37,539 nucleotides of DNA from Promethearchaeota archaeon. Its GTDB lineage: Archaea > Asgardarchaeota > Lokiarchaeia > Sigyniarchaeales > SOKP01. Numbering within the stretch: the stretch's first letter is position 1; each line of letters begins with the position of its first letter. Positions 19,321 to 30,314 of this stretch are shown here, piece by piece. The DNA lies in assembly GCA_029838195.1 (NCBI GenBank), contig JALGVJ010000034.1, positions 1-37,539 of the forward strand, in the 5' to 3' direction. The translations under genes were made by a program, and so were the position numbers. Below the pieces are notes generated by a model. It did no database searches, was not told the origin of the DNA, and saw only the letters and a list, made by a program, of their open reading frames with translations.

Positions 19321-20991
19321 TTAATCGATATATGCTCCATGCTTAGCCGAACTTACAATTTTTCTATAGGTTTCTAAATACCCAGGAGCTGGTTTTATTT
19401 TGGGACCTTTCCACTCCATTAATCTATTTTTAATTTCTTTTTCTTCTATTAATAAATTTAATCTTCTATTATCAATATCGATTTCAATTTTATCTTCCTC
19501 CTCAACGATCGCAATGGGCCCTCCTTCAAATGCTTCGGGACATACATGACCTATACAAGGTCCTCTCGTCGCTCCTGAATACCGTCCATCCGTTATCATG
19601 GCTACTAACTCTCCTAATTCCATGCCCACTAGAATTGCTGCAGGAATAGATAATTCTCTCATTCCAGGTGACCCTTTTGGCCCCTCATACCTAATCACTA
19701 AAACATCTCCCTCTTCTGCTTTATTAGATAATAAAGCCCTTTTTACTTCCTCCTCACTTTCAAATACTCTCGCCGGCCCTATATGGTGGCGCATCTTGGG
19801 ATTTACCGCACTTTGTTTAATGATCGCCCCTTCAGGAGCCAAATTTCCTGTTAAAACTGCAATTCCTCCTTCTACTGCAATAGGATCTTTTAGGTCTCGG
19901 ATGATTTGATAATCCGTGACGTGGATCAAATTTAGATAATCTTTAAGTTCTATTCCAAGCACCGTTTTCGTAGATAGATCCAATTTCGAAGAGAGTTTCT
20001 TCATGAGGACTCCCACGCCTCCGGCTTCATGAAATTCTGAAAGATTATATTCTGATGCGGGCTTGAATTTAGCTAACAAGGGTATGGATTTACTTAATCT
20101 ATCGAAATCAAAATGAGACAAATCTCCCCCAATTTCATGAGATAATGCACACATGTGGAGTATCATGTTAGAAGAACCCCCAAAAGATAAGGCTACTTTA
20201 ATAGCATTTTCAATGGATTGATGTGTGATGATATCCAAGGCTCTAATATTTTCCTTCACTAAATTCATGATTGTTCTCCCGGTTTCTCTACTTAAATCTT
20301 CTCGTATCTTACTGACGGCACTCATAGTGGCACATTTTGGCAAGGAAAGTCCCATGGCTTCCACAATACATGCCATTGTATTGGCAGTCCCCATCATATT
20401 GCAAGCGCCTGGTGTCCAACATGTTTCTGACTCAATGAGAAAAAATTCTTCACGTGTTATATTTCCCGCATTAAATTGACCAATGGCTTCCTTGATATCA
20501 CTTGTCACGAACGTTTTTCCTTTTAATGGTCCTTCTGTAAACGTTTTTGGTTCCATGATGCCCCCCGTTAGAAAAATGGTAGGGATATTACATCGTGCCG
20601 CCGCTAATAACATTCCAGGAATGATTTTATCGCAAGAGCAGAGCATGACCATGCCATCAAATCCATAAGCTTTAATCGTGCATTCAATAGATGAGGCAAT
20701 TATTTCTCTTGTTGGAAGGACATATTTAGAAAAATTTCCTGAATTTGCAATACCATCACATGTTGCTATTGTATTAAATTCCATGGGAACTCCCCCTTTT
20801 TCTCTGATTCCTTCTTTTACCCATTGACTCAACTTTCTTAAATGTACGTGTCCTGGATTTATTTCATTCCAAGAATTTACAACAGCTATTTTTGGTTTAG
20901 TTAAATCCTCATAAGAATATCCACAAGCGTGAAAAAGAGCCCTTTCATAAGCCTTTTCGGGAATTAAATCTTCTTTTTTCAACGATTGCAA
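19321..20991 (-). CDS. ilvD: IlvD/Edd-family dehydratase (dihydroxy-acid or sugar-acid dehydratase)
   Basis: CDGIA, CDKIIPG, GAC..MGTANTM, GNLAPEGAIIK, RYEGPKGSPGMRE and TDGRYSGATRG. Confidence 0.88.
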   Translation of the reverse strand: MQSLKKEDLIPEKAYERALFHACGYSYEDLTKPKIAVVNSWNEINPGHVHLRKLSQWVKEGIREKGGVPMEFNTIATCDGIANSGNFSKYVLPTREIIASSIECTIKAYGFDGMVMLCSCDKIIPGMLLAAARCNIPTIFLTGGIMEPKTFTEGPLKGKTFVTSDIKEAIGQFNAGNITREEFFLIESETCWTPGACNMMGTANTMACIVEAMGLSLPKCATMSAVSKIREDLSRETGRTIMNLVKENIRALDIITHQSIENAIKVALSFGGSSNMILHMCALSHEIGGDLSHFDFDRLSKSIPLLAKFKPASEYNLSEFHEAGGVGVLMKKLSSKLDLSTKTVLGIELKDYLNLIHVTDYQIIRDLKDPIAVEGGIAVLTGNLAPEGAIIKQSAVNPKMRHHIGPARVFESEEEVKRALLSNKAEEGDVLVIRYEGPKGSPGMRELSIPAAILVGMELGELVAMITDGRYSGATRGPCIGHVCPEAFEGGPIAIVEEEDKIEIDIDNRRLNLLIEEKEIKNRLMEWKGPKIKPAPGYLETYRKIVSSAKHGAYID

Positions 20992-21247
20992 ACCTTTTTT
21001 TATTGATGATAATAAATAAATTAATTAAATTAAAAAAAGAACTTAAACACTCCTTTAATAAACTTTAAGTTCACGAAGATTCAGGCATTTACTTTTTAAC
21101 CATGAGTATAAACATCTTTTAAAATTAAGAAATTAAACCGTCAATTAAAAAAAAATGGTCTTTTATTTTTTCATTTACTATTATAAGAAATAAAATCTTT
21201 TTAGGGTTTGGAAATTTCTTTAAATAAAATCGATTGAAAAACATTGC

Positions 21248-22390
21248 GTGAGAAAAGTAATGGCCATGAAAAGTGACATGCTAAAAGTAGGAATCATCGG
21301 AACGGGAACAATTTTCGATCTTAATGTTCTTGGTTATTTGAATAGAGATGACGTGAAAATCACTTGCTTGTGTAATAGGACCATCAAAAAAGCTGAAGAA
21401 AAAAAAGAAAAATTTCACCTTGAGAAAACCACCTCCATTTATTGTGATTATAAAGAAATGGTGGATGAAGAAGATTTAGATATCGTGGTAATTCTTTTAC
21501 CCCATGATTTACATGCTGATGCAACAATCTACGCAGCTAAGAAAAAGATAAAAGGTATTTCCGTACAAAAACCCATGGCTGTTAATTTAAAAGAAGCAGA
21601 TGACATGATTACTGCTTGTAAGAATTCGGGGTCAATTTTATCCATATTTGAAAATTTCGTGTTTGCTCCTCATATCATGAAAGCTAAAGAATTAATTCAT
21701 AAGGATTATATTGGAGATGTTGCATCGATTAGAATTAAAGTTGCGATGGGTTCCCATGGAGGTTGGGAAATACCGGAAAGTGCAAATAAATGGAGAAAAG
21801 ACCCGAAGAAAGTAGGAGGCGATCCTAAAAAAGGATCACCCATTTTGTTGGATAATGGATGGCATGCATTTACCCTGGGATGGTGGCTTTTTAATGAAGA
21901 GATTGAAAAAGTATTTGCGTGGACCGGAGCTTTTCAAGGTCTTGATACCCCCGCTTTTGTCATGTGGAAGTGTAAGAATAAGAAAGACCATTTAGTCCCA
22001 AAATATGGAAATATGGAATTCTCCTTGATGCCAGAAATGAAAATCCCATCTCGTTATTATCCCACGGATGAATTTATCGAAATTATCGGGAGCAGGGGAT
22101 TAATGAAGATTAACCAATGTACCTCCATTGGAAATGAGATGACGTCCTCAGAGATCTTTCCTCCTTTAATGATTGTTAGAGACGGAAAAGTTGAAACCTA
22201 TAGGGAGTTTCAAAACGATTGGAAATATAGCTTCATTAATGCAACGCATCATTTCATAGATGCTGTGAAAGAAAATAAACCCCCCATGTTATCCGGAGAA
22301 CAAGCAAGATATATCTTGAAATTTAATCTTGCGGCAATACAATCTTCAATTACGCATGAAGATGTTTATTTAGATGAGTTGGAAGAGTAA
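21248..22390 (+). CDS. Gfo/Idh/MocA-family NAD(P)-dependent oxidoreductase
   Basis: GIIGTG Rossmann fold, PHDLH, QKPMA and LDNGWH; start may be ATG 21266. Confidence 0.88.
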   Translation: MRKVMAMKSDMLKVGIIGTGTIFDLNVLGYLNRDDVKITCLCNRTIKKAEEKKEKFHLEKTTSIYCDYKEMVDEEDLDIVVILLPHDLHADATIYAAKKKIKGISVQKPMAVNLKEADDMITACKNSGSILSIFENFVFAPHIMKAKELIHKDYIGDVASIRIKVAMGSHGGWEIPESANKWRKDPKKVGGDPKKGSPILLDNGWHAFTLGWWLFNEEIEKVFAWTGAFQGLDTPAFVMWKCKNKKDHLVPKYGNMEFSLMPEMKIPSRYYPTDEFIEIIGSRGLMKINQCTSIGNEMTSSEIFPPLMIVRDGKVETYREFQNDWKYSFINATHHFIDAVKENKPPMLSGEQARYILKFNLAAIQSSITHEDVYLDELEE

Positions 22391-22400
22391 AAATATATAA

Positions 22401-23666
22401 TTATAAATTATATTCATATTCAAAAGTCTTGTGTTTTAATCCTTGTTCAATTCCTTTTTTTAAATCCTTTTTCTTCCTCATGTTATATTTAACCATCCCC
22501 CTTCCTGCTGAAGGTGGAGGTGGCTCAATGTAGCACGTTCCCTTTCTTTCCGCTTCCGCATTAATTTCCTCCCATTTTACGATACGTCCTTCTTGATGGG
22601 AAATATAGGGCATCTTCCCGAAAATGACCAAGTTTTTACCCTCCTCTCCTGTATATATGGGTTTTCCCTTTCCCGTCTTTACCACGTCGATAAAATGCAT
22701 CGTGGAATTTATAAAAGAATATCTCCAATCTCTTGGTAAATCCTCCCCGTATTTTTTCACTTTTCCATTGACATATACCACTATTGGAGGATATTGAGGT
22801 GTTTTAGAAAGAAAATTCCCTCCAGACGTGCATTGATTTATCCACATGATGCCTTTAGTTCCTGATATTTCAATGAATTCATCTATCCCGTAATAATTAC
22901 TGGGAAAATATAAATTAGAAGCAAAAGTAAATTCCATGGAACCAAATTTGGGAGGACTATCCGGAGATTTTTGCGGATATTTCCAAATAATATTTGCCGG
23001 CGAATCAATGGCACCTGTAAAATAATTTATCCATCCATACACTTCCTCTACTCGTTGTTCATCCATTAACCATAATGCGACTGAGAGTTTATGTTGTCCG
23101 TCATCAAAAACTTCGGGTCCCCCTCCACAAGTTTCCACGTTTATCCTCCATGAGTAAGCACGCAACCCCACGGGCATGCTAGGACCTCCCGTTAATATAT
23201 TTACAATTCTGAAATTCAAGGGTTCTCCAATTATCTTCTCATCTAATAATTCTTTTGCCCTGAGATATATGGGATAAAATCGAAAATTCTCAAAGACTTT
23301 TAAAATTGTATTCTCCTCTTTACACATTTGGATGATTCTATCGCAATCTGCGATGGTATGAGCCATGGGCTTCTGCAAGGAAATGGCTTTCACTCCAGCT
23401 CTTGCGCAATATTCTGTCATGGGTGCATGTAAATGATGAGGGGTTAAAATCTCTACGATGTCTAAATCCTCTTCATCCACCATTTCTTTATAATCTTGAT
23501 AATATTTTAAAGTTCTGAGCCCCCATCTCTCCAATTTATTGGTAGCACAAGCTTTATCAACGTCTGATACTGCCACCAATTCCGTATCTTGAGAAAAAAT
23601 ATATCCCAAAACATTCAAATTGGAAATATCCCCGCAGCCAATAATTCCTACTCTCAACATTTTCAT
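22401..23666 (-). CDS. Gfo/Idh/MocA-family oxidoreductase (convergent paralog)
   Basis: GIIGCG, TPHHLH, QKPMA and FDDGQH; shares the blocks DYKEMVDEEDLDIV, DEFIEI.G, INQCTS and DW.YSFIN with 21248-22390. Confidence 0.88.
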   Translation of the reverse strand: MKMLRVGIIGCGDISNLNVLGYIFSQDTELVAVSDVDKACATNKLERWGLRTLKYYQDYKEMVDEEDLDIVEILTPHHLHAPMTEYCARAGVKAISLQKPMAHTIADCDRIIQMCKEENTILKVFENFRFYPIYLRAKELLDEKIIGEPLNFRIVNILTGGPSMPVGLRAYSWRINVETCGGGPEVFDDGQHKLSVALWLMDEQRVEEVYGWINYFTGAIDSPANIIWKYPQKSPDSPPKFGSMEFTFASNLYFPSNYYGIDEFIEISGTKGIMWINQCTSGGNFLSKTPQYPPIVVYVNGKVKKYGEDLPRDWRYSFINSTMHFIDVVKTGKGKPIYTGEEGKNLVIFGKMPYISHQEGRIVKWEEINAEAERKGTCYIEPPPPSAGRGMVKYNMRKKKDLKKGIEQGLKHKTFEYEYNL

Positions 23667-23754
23667 AATTCGAGTATTTTTTTTATCATGGGTCTTAAAA
23701 TCGTGGCAAAATTATAAATTTTTATATTTAAGGAGTTTAAATTATAAAATAAGT

Positions 23755-23945
23755 TCATTTCAAGGGATATTTTGGTCTTTTCTTTTCAAAAAAAGCGCTC
23801 ACTCCTTCTAAGACATCTTTAGTTGTCGCAGCTAACATTTGTGCCCTATTTTCCAACTGGGTTATAGTATCCATGACCGGGAGAATCCATCAATAAATAA
23901 TTGCTTCTTTTGTCATTTGCAACCCTAAAGCGTTCTTTTCCAGAA
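23755..23945 (-). pseudogene. Frameshifted 3' remnant of an enoyl-CoA hydratase (crotonase)
   Basis: Pieces in different frames: EKNALGLQMTKEAI and PVMDTITQLENRAQMLAATTKDVLEGVSAFFEKKRPKYPLK*, matching the crotonase C-terminal D..EG..AF.EKR.P.Y pattern. Confidence 0.7.
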
Positions 23946-24127
23946 AGGCCATGAAAATAATCCTTTTTTAGGGACTTATAACTTCTACGAGTGAACCCGA
24001 CATGATTTAACACGGGATAGAGTGAGTTCTTGTCGGTTATCGATAAACGATGTTTAATTTCCATCAATTTTAGAGAATCAAAAATAGGCTCTCATGAATT
24101 AAAAACTAAATAAAAAAAAATTCAAGG

Positions 24128-25219
24128 TTATTTATTAAATAATTTTTCTACAAACGATTTCACGTGATTTATCGAATCTTGAGCTTCTGGTAAAATATTT
24201 AAACCAAACACTTGAAAGCCATGGGGAACGTCGTCCCAGGTTTCAAACGTGACGTCCACGCCGGCTTCTCTTGCTTTTTCATAAAATTTTTTGGCTCCGC
24301 TATATAGCATTTCCGATGTACTTGCTTGTATCAATAAGGGCGGAAGACCTCTGAGGTCTGCCAAAATGGGCGATATATAAGGATCATTTGGATCCTTACC
24401 ACCCAAATAAGCCGGAATGCACCACAATAAAAGACCTGAATCTGCTAAAATCGGATCTGTACGAGCATTCTCATAAAATAAATCATCCGTGCTTTCTTCT
24501 CTCAAATCCGTGGCAGGTGATAAACAAATCCCTCCACGAGGTAAGGGCATGCCGGCATCACGGGCTCTCAAAAGAGTGGTGATGGTATAATATCCTCCCG
24601 CAGATAATCCTCCGATAATGATATTTTCTGGTTTAATACCATTTTCAATTAACCACTGGTATGCTTTGAAGCAATCTTCTTGACCAGCAGGATGTGGATG
24701 TTCTGGCGCTAAGCGATAATCCACGCTCAATACCTTCATTTTAGTAGCCCCTCCCAGAGCCACAGACAGGTAGCGGGAATTTCGAGGAGAACCTATTACC
24801 ATCCCGCCTCCATGAATATATAAAAAAACCCGTTCATCCATTGCCTCGGGCACGATTTGCCATTCCGCAGGGACTCCCTTGACCTCAACATTTTCAATTT
24901 TCACCTCGGCCGGCAATGGATTTTCTTTTTCTTGCAAGTCAGAGGTGTAATCAAAAGTAAATTGAATAATTTTTGCAAGTAAAATGCGTTCTTCGTGAGT
25001 GGTCAACTCATTTAAATCCTTATACGTCAGATCTTTTCCTTTAGAGTCTATCCACCGCTTATTTGCATCCATTAGTTTGGTCCAGAGATCCCAGAAATTA
25101 AACCCTTTATTCTCTTCTCGTTTGAGGAATTCTGTAATTGCCTTCAGCTGGATCTTTTGATATTCAGCCATCAATTTCTTAACAATCGGCGTGAATTTTG
25201 ACCTATCAGATACGGACAT
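24128..25219 (-). CDS. HSL-family (family IV) esterase/lipase
   Basis: YIHGGG, DYRLAPEHPHPA, GLSAGG, SE.L and HGF. Confidence 0.9.
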   Translation of the reverse strand: MSVSDRSKFTPIVKKLMAEYQKIQLKAITEFLKREENKGFNFWDLWTKLMDANKRWIDSKGKDLTYKDLNELTTHEERILLAKIIQFTFDYTSDLQEKENPLPAEVKIENVEVKGVPAEWQIVPEAMDERVFLYIHGGGMVIGSPRNSRYLSVALGGATKMKVLSVDYRLAPEHPHPAGQEDCFKAYQWLIENGIKPENIIIGGLSAGGYYTITTLLRARDAGMPLPRGGICLSPATDLREESTDDLFYENARTDPILADSGLLLWCIPAYLGGKDPNDPYISPILADLRGLPPLLIQASTSEMLYSGAKKFYEKAREAGVDVTFETWDDVPHGFQVFGLNILPEAQDSINHVKSFVEKLFNK

Positions 25220-25448
25220 CTTCTTTCACTTCTTGATAATTAATTTGGATTAATAGATATTCTTAGTTTGAAAATTTTAATTAAAAAAATTTCGCATGCG
25301 CGTTATATTAAAAATAGAGAAATAATGTATTAAAAATTACCATTCTACTCCAAGAGAGATCTTCTTCAAAGTTCCTCTTAATCAAAAGCAAAGAATAGGA
25401 AATATAGAAATAAAAAGACTTGTTTAATAATTCAATTCTCCGTGAATT

Positions 25449-26066
25449 TCATTTAGGGTGCTCGTTTTTAATAATCGTTGCCGTAGACATTCCCAAACCC
25501 ACACACATGCTCAAAATGGCATATTCTTTCCCCGAATCTTCAAGCTGGTGAAGATTAGTGCCGATTAAATGGCAGCCCGTCATGCCCGCTTTTTTCATCC
25601 AAACTTGCCCCATATCATGAGCTGATTGAATTTGTCCGACCCAACTGGTTTTAAGTTCCTTTAGTTTTTGCTCGCAACAGGGATGTTTTTGCTCGCATGG
25701 CTTGCAATGCGCTGATTATTGCTTGAGCTCCACTAGCACACTGTCTATTTATAGAGAAACCGGGTATGCTAATGGGTATGTGAGCCGCTAAAACCGCAAT
25801 CCTTCCAAGATCAAGGGCACATTCTCTAATTTTACAATTTGACTATTGCATGAAACGATGGAGTCTCCTATCATTTCTGGGACAAAATCATTTCTTTTAA
25901 GAAGGGTCTTGTAGCAATGAACGATGAGATCATCTCCACGGTTTCTCACGATGGTCCCATCTTTTTTATCAATGGGTCTCATCACGTAATCGACAAGTAC
26001 GGGTTCTCGCCTAAGGTCTTTAAAATAATTTTCATACATGCTAATTGGTTCTGAAGTCATACTCAT
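25449..26066 (-). pseudogene. Acetyl-CoA acyltransferase (thiolase) pseudogene with frameshifts and internal deletion
   Basis: The N-terminal ORF shifts frame after CNSQI into ECALDLGRIAVLAAHIPISIPGFSINRQCASGAQA (catalytic Cys motif). A later frame gives ...GMTGCHLIG...SMCVGLGMSTATIIKNEHPK*. Total about 620 bp, roughly half a thiolase, with the GHP motif missing. Confidence 0.85.
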
Positions 26067-26685
26067 TCTCGTGTTTTTTTTAATAAAAGGCTTATTTCTT
26101 TATTGATAATCATCAAAAATAGAAGCCCCCTTTAAACCTTATTAAAAACTATTTAATTTACAAGCAATATCAACATTAATATTTCAAAAAGAAAATGGAA
26201 TCGGGTTATCAAGGAAAAATTTCAGAGAATGAGTAAATAAAAATCAAACCAATGGAAAATTTAGGGGATGATCATGATAAGATTTTAAAAAATCTTTTCT
26301 TTCCATTCTTCTTCTTTTTATTCAACAATACAATAAAATTAATTTAATCAAATCATGGTGTTCCTTCATTCATTTCAAGCTAAAAAAAAAAGGTTTTTTA
26401 AGTTTTTGGAGGTGGAAATTACTTCAAACCTTTTTTTTTACTTTTCTTGGATCACCTTCATCATGTATTTGTAGTGGGGATCAAAAAAAACATCCCAATA
26501 TTATAATTAAAAAAACATCTATATAAATATGTGGTTTTTTAAGATAAAGTAATTATATATCAGAAATTCAAAAGAATCCAATGGCATGTAATAAGAAAAA
26601 GCCCATTTTCTTAAAAAATGTAATAGATATCGCCAATAAAATTAAATTTTAAAAAAAAGAAAGCAAAAAAACTAATTTTAGAAGG

Positions 26686-27336
26686 TTAATTCTCCATTCC
26701 TAATAATCTTTTAATGTGTTTAACCCCATCTACAGCATCCTCGGCAAAATCATCTGCTCCCAGCTTTTTAGCAAGTTCCATGTTTAAAGGCGCTCCTCCT
26801 ACAATTAATTTCACTTTATCTCGCAAGCCTGCTTCTTTAAGTGCCTCATGGACCACTTTTATTTGTTCTACCGTCATGGTTAAAAGGGAGCTCAATGCAA
26901 CAACCTCCGCATTCGTCTCTTTTACTTTCTCAACAATATCTTGCGCATCCACATCCATGCCTAAATCATAGAGCTCAAAGCCACTACTTAAAAGCAATGA
27001 CGCTAATATATTTTTCCCAATATCGTGATTATCGCCTTTAACGGTAGCTAATATAATTTTCTTCTTTTCTTCCGATTTATCAGCAGCAGCTAGAGCTGGT
27101 TTTAATACATTAAAGGCTTCTTTCATTGTTTCACCAGCTAAAACAAGCTCGGTTAAATAATATTCTTTAGCCTCGTATCTACGTCCTACTTCATCCATTC
27201 CTTTCGTGAGAGCGTTTAAAATCTCAAATGGATCTTTTCCTTCCTCTAGTGCCTCCTTAACTGCGTCAGCGATATCATCTACTTCTAATTCAACAATTAA
27301 CTCGGTTAACTTTTCAAAATCCATGATAATATGCAT
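26686..27336 (-). CDS. Methyltransferase corrinoid (B12-binding) protein, MttC/MtaC-like
   Basis: Cap domain LTKGMDEVGRRYE..EYYLTEL, GDNHDIGKN (DxHxxG), SSLLT and VGGAP; start may be 27324. Confidence 0.9.
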   Translation of the reverse strand: MHIIMDFEKLTELIVELEVDDIADAVKEALEEGKDPFEILNALTKGMDEVGRRYEAKEYYLTELVLAGETMKEAFNVLKPALAAADKSEEKKKIILATVKGDNHDIGKNILASLLLSSGFELYDLGMDVDAQDIVEKVKETNAEVVALSSLLTMTVEQIKVVHEALKEAGLRDKVKLIVGGAPLNMELAKKLGADDFAEDAVDGVKHIKRLLGMEN

Positions 27337-27450
27337 TAATTTTTTACTCTTCTTAAATTTTCGTAATGCCTTGATGATTAGGATAATCTATCCTAATTCT
27401 AGTAAGAAATTCTCGACCATGATTTAAAAATTATGATTTAAAAATAAAAA

Positions 27451-30171
27451 TTAAGTAATGTTCCATTTTAATGGCTCATTGATTTTAGTTTCTCCTATAA
27501 ATTGTATTTTATCTCCTTTCTTGGTTATATCCTGTTTCATGCCATTAATCGAGATGGTTTGGAAACGATTTAATTCTTCAGCCGGTAATTTAATAGATAT
27601 TTTCCACGTTCCTTCTCTTTTAGGATCATACCAACCAGAATAGCCGGTTTTTGATTTTTTGACACCAATAAGGGGAGTTGAATACTCAAATTCTTCAAAA
27701 GGTAATACGGGATAAATCTCGACACCTTCTTTAGTAAATTCAATGCCAACTAAATGTTTTGTATTGAATAAGGGCCATGCATGAGGATGTAAGTTTAAAA
27801 CAGGCCAATCCGTCCAATTTAATCCTCCTAATTCGAGGTCAGCAGAAAGCGAACGATCTTCAGGGTTTTTGGTTAAAAAATACTCGTCAAAAAGGGTTTG
27901 ACCGGGGTATTTAGAAAATTTCGAGTTAAGGGTATCAGGACCACTCCATATTCCGTACCAGATCTCCGGATATTCCTCAGCGTGTCGTGCTAAACTGTTT
28001 TTTTGCCATTCGTCCCAAGCCATGTTACCATCAACTAAACTAAGCGCCCAGATAAGCGTTCCATTAATAGAGGGCCAAATTCCTGCATTCGTACCCCTAC
28101 CCTGAGGATTTTTTATTTGATCGAAGGGAGTACTATGTAAAAAGGCTCCAATTTTAGATGGTTTTCGTACAAGCTCATTAATGGAATTCGTGAGGATTTT
28201 CGTTTGTTCAGCATCGGTGGATTTACTGATAATGGCCCATGGCTGTGGTTCTAGCCACATTCTCTCTTTTCCTCCAATCCATCCGATTTCATCGGTTAAC
28301 CATGCTCGCTTAAACCACTTTCCCGTCCATTGTTCTTGAAAAGCCTTTTTTAAAGATGACGCATATTCTAAAATCTCCTCGGAAAGCTCTTCTTCTCCTA
28401 TAAAATTTAGCATTTCTGCGTAATATGATAATACTTTAATGGCCATGGCAGTATTTAGCATGCTTTCTGCATTTTTTCTTATTTCAGCTTCTTGTTCTGG
28501 CGTATAACTTCCAACTACGACCATATCATTCCAATCGCCATTTGAAAGCCTTTGTAACCCATGCTTGCCCGTTCCCGTGATTTTAGTTAAGTGATCATGA
28601 CAAATTTGTAACATCTCTTTTACGGTAGATTTTCCTGCTTTTCTTCCATGAACCGGATAAGTGGGAATTTCTTCATTGAGGAATTCCGTGTCCCGCGTGG
28701 AAAGAACATATTCACTTGCAACCCATAAAAGCCACAATTCTAAATCGCTTGGTTTCCAAGGAGAAGGCGCGATCATTCCATTTCCCGTAATTCCATAAGG
28801 TATCTCTCCATCTTCTTGAACTTCTTTTAAAGTATATCTAATAATTTCTTTAACAATTCGCGAATCACACAAAAGGAAGGGTAAGACATGTTGTAGGGGG
28901 TCACGGGCGGCTCCTTGAAAACCAATGATGTATTGATAAACATGTCCTTGAGAAAGAATGTGTTCCATGAAAAAGCTATCGTAGGTCATGGCTCCCCTTA
29001 GATAATAGTAATGCCAGTGGAGTTCTCGATCCACCCATTCCATGTTTGGAATTTTTAATTCGATGCGGTTTTTTTTCCATTTCTCACAAGATTGTTCGAA
29101 TAAAGTTTGAATATTTTGTTCATACTTAGAAATGAGTGAGTCTAAATCCTGATCTTCAGGAAGATATCCGTAGGCAAAATATAACGTCTTTTGTTCATTG
29201 GGTTCTAATTTGACTTTTCTTACCATTATCAATGAACTTTCGGGGCCTCTAGCATTCATGATAGTTTCCTTTAATGAGGTAATTCCCTCCGGTTTTTTAA
29301 TGCCACCGCTTCCAAAATATTTTTCACCGTCCGTGATAATTCGTTCTACTTCTCCATTTAAAGATATGAGAAATATGGGAGCGGGATATCGATCTTCAAA
29401 ACTAGGGCGTTTTTGTTTCAGGCGTTTATCTTTGATTAAATTTAAAGCCTCTTCGAAGTTTTCGGGGATTTCTAGTTTTGAATCATGCTTAATGTTAATA
29501 AGACATCGTCCCTCATGATGAATGAAAAATTCATTAATCAATTTCTTACTTTTCTCTCGTCTGAGTTGATATGCGACGGCAATATCTTTTTCTTTTATTG
29601 CTGCCATTATTCCCTCAAAAGACAATTGATGAATGAATCCTCCCCAATATTCGTGCCACTCCACTTCAACGGGAACAGCTTTTTTGTTTTTAATGGTCAC
29701 CCGTGAGATCAAGAGAGGATCATCTCCATGGGGAGCAAAAAGATATTGATCAATATCATATTCATCGTGCGAATATTTCTTCAGGAAATACCCGACGCCA
29801 TAAATTCTTTCGAAATCTTGTTTTTCTTCATCATGAAACGTGCTAATGATGTTTTCTCCATCGTATAAATATCCAAATCCTCCCGCATATTGATTTATTT
29901 CCGGATAAAAATCATTCAAAAATTTTGGGTTTCCTTCATCTTGGCGCACACGAATATATCCAAAATTAGAGGCCACGCCTACTATTCTGTCATTTCCTAC
30001 TAAAAATATATGTTCATTCGGTTTGGTGATTTTAGGATTCACGGGAGTAAGGGCTTTAAGATCTTCATGTTGATTGCATGTATAATGATAAGCGGGTAAT
30101 CCAAACTGGTCTTTAATCCATTTACCAAAATATCCCGATCCGTAGCTATAATCTAATGCAGTTTCTTTCAT
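27451..30171 (-). CDS. Large GH94-like glycoside phosphorylase/hydrolase
   Basis: 906 aa; ARDPLQH, SDLELWLLW, GKHGL...GDWND (GH94-type catalytic Asp context), WLEPQPWAI and NAGIW motifs. Confidence 0.7.
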   Translation of the reverse strand: MKETALDYSYGSGYFGKWIKDQFGLPAYHYTCNQHEDLKALTPVNPKITKPNEHIFLVGNDRIVGVASNFGYIRVRQDEGNPKFLNDFYPEINQYAGGFGYLYDGENIISTFHDEEKQDFERIYGVGYFLKKYSHDEYDIDQYLFAPHGDDPLLISRVTIKNKKAVPVEVEWHEYWGGFIHQLSFEGIMAAIKEKDIAVAYQLRREKSKKLINEFFIHHEGRCLINIKHDSKLEIPENFEEALNLIKDKRLKQKRPSFEDRYPAPIFLISLNGEVERIITDGEKYFGSGGIKKPEGITSLKETIMNARGPESSLIMVRKVKLEPNEQKTLYFAYGYLPEDQDLDSLISKYEQNIQTLFEQSCEKWKKNRIELKIPNMEWVDRELHWHYYYLRGAMTYDSFFMEHILSQGHVYQYIIGFQGAARDPLQHVLPFLLCDSRIVKEIIRYTLKEVQEDGEIPYGITGNGMIAPSPWKPSDLELWLLWVASEYVLSTRDTEFLNEEIPTYPVHGRKAGKSTVKEMLQICHDHLTKITGTGKHGLQRLSNGDWNDMVVVGSYTPEQEAEIRKNAESMLNTAMAIKVLSYYAEMLNFIGEEELSEEILEYASSLKKAFQEQWTGKWFKRAWLTDEIGWIGGKERMWLEPQPWAIISKSTDAEQTKILTNSINELVRKPSKIGAFLHSTPFDQIKNPQGRGTNAGIWPSINGTLIWALSLVDGNMAWDEWQKNSLARHAEEYPEIWYGIWSGPDTLNSKFSKYPGQTLFDEYFLTKNPEDRSLSADLELGGLNWTDWPVLNLHPHAWPLFNTKHLVGIEFTKEGVEIYPVLPFEEFEYSTPLIGVKKSKTGYSGWYDPKREGTWKISIKLPAEELNRFQTISINGMKQDITKKGDKIQFIGETKINEPLKWNIT

Positions 30172-30314
30172 TGATTCTAATATCCTCTATAAAATGGTTT
30201 ACCTTAAATTTATATTAATGTAAATTAATAATAGGACTTTTTAAAATTTTTTCTTTTAAGCCTTTTTCTAACTTGAGATTAAACTCATTCATGTAGCGAT
30301 GCTTTTATAACAAG

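Noticed and set aside
23846-24067. 73-aa ORF from the track
   Set aside because: It largely overlaps the crotonase remnant in the wrong frame and has no protein-like motif.
25788-26066. 92-aa ORF as a standalone gene
   Set aside because: It is the N-terminal fragment of the frameshifted thiolase.
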